Positions 62,961 to 64,000 of a stretch of 64,000 nucleotides of DNA are shown piece by piece. The stretch covers positions 248,001 through 312,000 of the forward strand of contig CBFFRP010000431.1 in assembly GCA_965644295.1 (NCBI GenBank), given 5' to 3'. Position 1 is the first letter of the stretch; every line of letters starts with the position of its first letter. This DNA is from Paraphysomonas bandaiensis. Lineage: Eukaryota > Protista > Chrysophyceae. The position numbers and the translations under genes are program-made. Under the pieces are notes generated by a model that made no database searches, had not been told where the DNA came from, and worked only from the letters and a program-made list of their open reading frames with translations.

Positions 62961-63676
62961 TGATATGTATAATATAATTCAAGAGGTGTTGATATTATCA
63001 GATATGTGGTAGGTGTATATATGCATCTCATAGTAAGCCTTCCAGAACAGATATAGTAACCTATGGACTTATATGGACTTATCTACAGCTCCAGTATATA
63101 CCATTGTACAGCACATATATATGTATACCCAGCATACTGCTGTATCCCATATGGAGGTGGGAATACAGTCATATAGAGCCCAGTGATAATTGGGATAATC
63201 AGACTCTGTATTGAATTTCACAAGAAATTATTGTGATTTTTCTTTGTAACTGTAAAAAAGTATATCCAAAAAACGTTTTTTTTTTAATTTCAAAATTTTT
63301 TGTTGGATAAACATTCTAGTACAGTATTCCTATATGTAATCCACAACAATACAGCAGAGTACAGCAGTACAGTACAGTATAGTATATATTGAGCCATCAA
63401 ATCATATACTATGATATACCTACTGCTGTATATACTACATACAGCAGTAACCTCCACATGTCGAGCTCTCTACAGTAAATATCCATAAAAATTACTATGA
63501 GCCTTATTATTAAGATAAACTCTTATTTATATTCAATATCTCAGATAATGAATTCTTTCATTGAAGAATATTATTTAGTTATATGAATTTCTTATTATTT
63601 ATATGATTAATGATGTTTAATTTGTTTTAATCTGAGATATATATTCATAGCTGGGTAGTGACTGCTATTAGTAGTT

Positions 63677-64000
63677 ATGAGACTCTTTCCTGCTACCCCA
63701 CCATCAAAACCGAAGTCAGCAGGAAGTACAAGAAGCCCTCGCAGAAAGAAACTGGCGGCATCAAGAGATTCTGTGTCTCCTCAACGGTAATCCTAGAATA
63801 TCCACATCATATGCGTTTAATGAGCTCGGTGTAGAAGCAATCACCATACCGAGGAAACATCTGTTAGCGCAACAGATGGTATGATTATATTAGAATATAC
63901 AGTACAGAAGAAAGACAGGTATATGATACTACAATAAGTTCGCTTCCTTATGTACAACGAAACAGGCGGCTCTCTTTCGTTATACGTGAGTTTCCAAGAA
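63677..64000 (+). CDS. Possible 5' part of a spliced gene running off the window
   Basis: MRLFPATPPSKPKSAGSTRSPRRKK.. can be joined through two short GT-AG introns to ..VRFLMYNETGGSLSLYVSFQE. Preceded by the CAGTA/CAGCA-rich leader seen before other genes. Confidence 0.35.

Overview
Gene-dense eukaryotic nuclear DNA with short GT-AG introns (mostly 43-140 nt) and the standard genetic code. The gene content suggests a stramenopile, possibly chrysophyte-like (inference). Conserved genes: VPS52, peptide deformylase, UBE2Z-type E2, HEATR1/UTP10, HIU hydrolase, a class I heme peroxidase fused to ankyrin repeats, a TKL kinase, a TAF1C-like protein, a 7TM receptor, a SMYD-like SET/MYND protein, FIS1, a RAP-domain helical-repeat protein, a RING-PHD protein, a CFAP97-domain protein and ASCC3. 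Five accessory or structural features stand out. (1) A 3.7 kb foldback-like element (37085-40776) with near-identical 1586-bp inverted arms carrying a ~60-bp minisatellite, flanked by an AGCA 4-bp duplication. (2) A ~140-bp double-hairpin element found three times, always inside divergent promoters, with one compensatory base-pair change. (3) A decayed Crinkler-like REase+kinase gene lying between two copies of the neighbouring kinase 3' end. (4) A RAP protein built from 40-aa repeats. (5) Several intronless, bacterial-like genes. No tRNA, rRNA or CRISPR array was recognised. Splice sites, alignments and family calls were made by eye, with no database searches.
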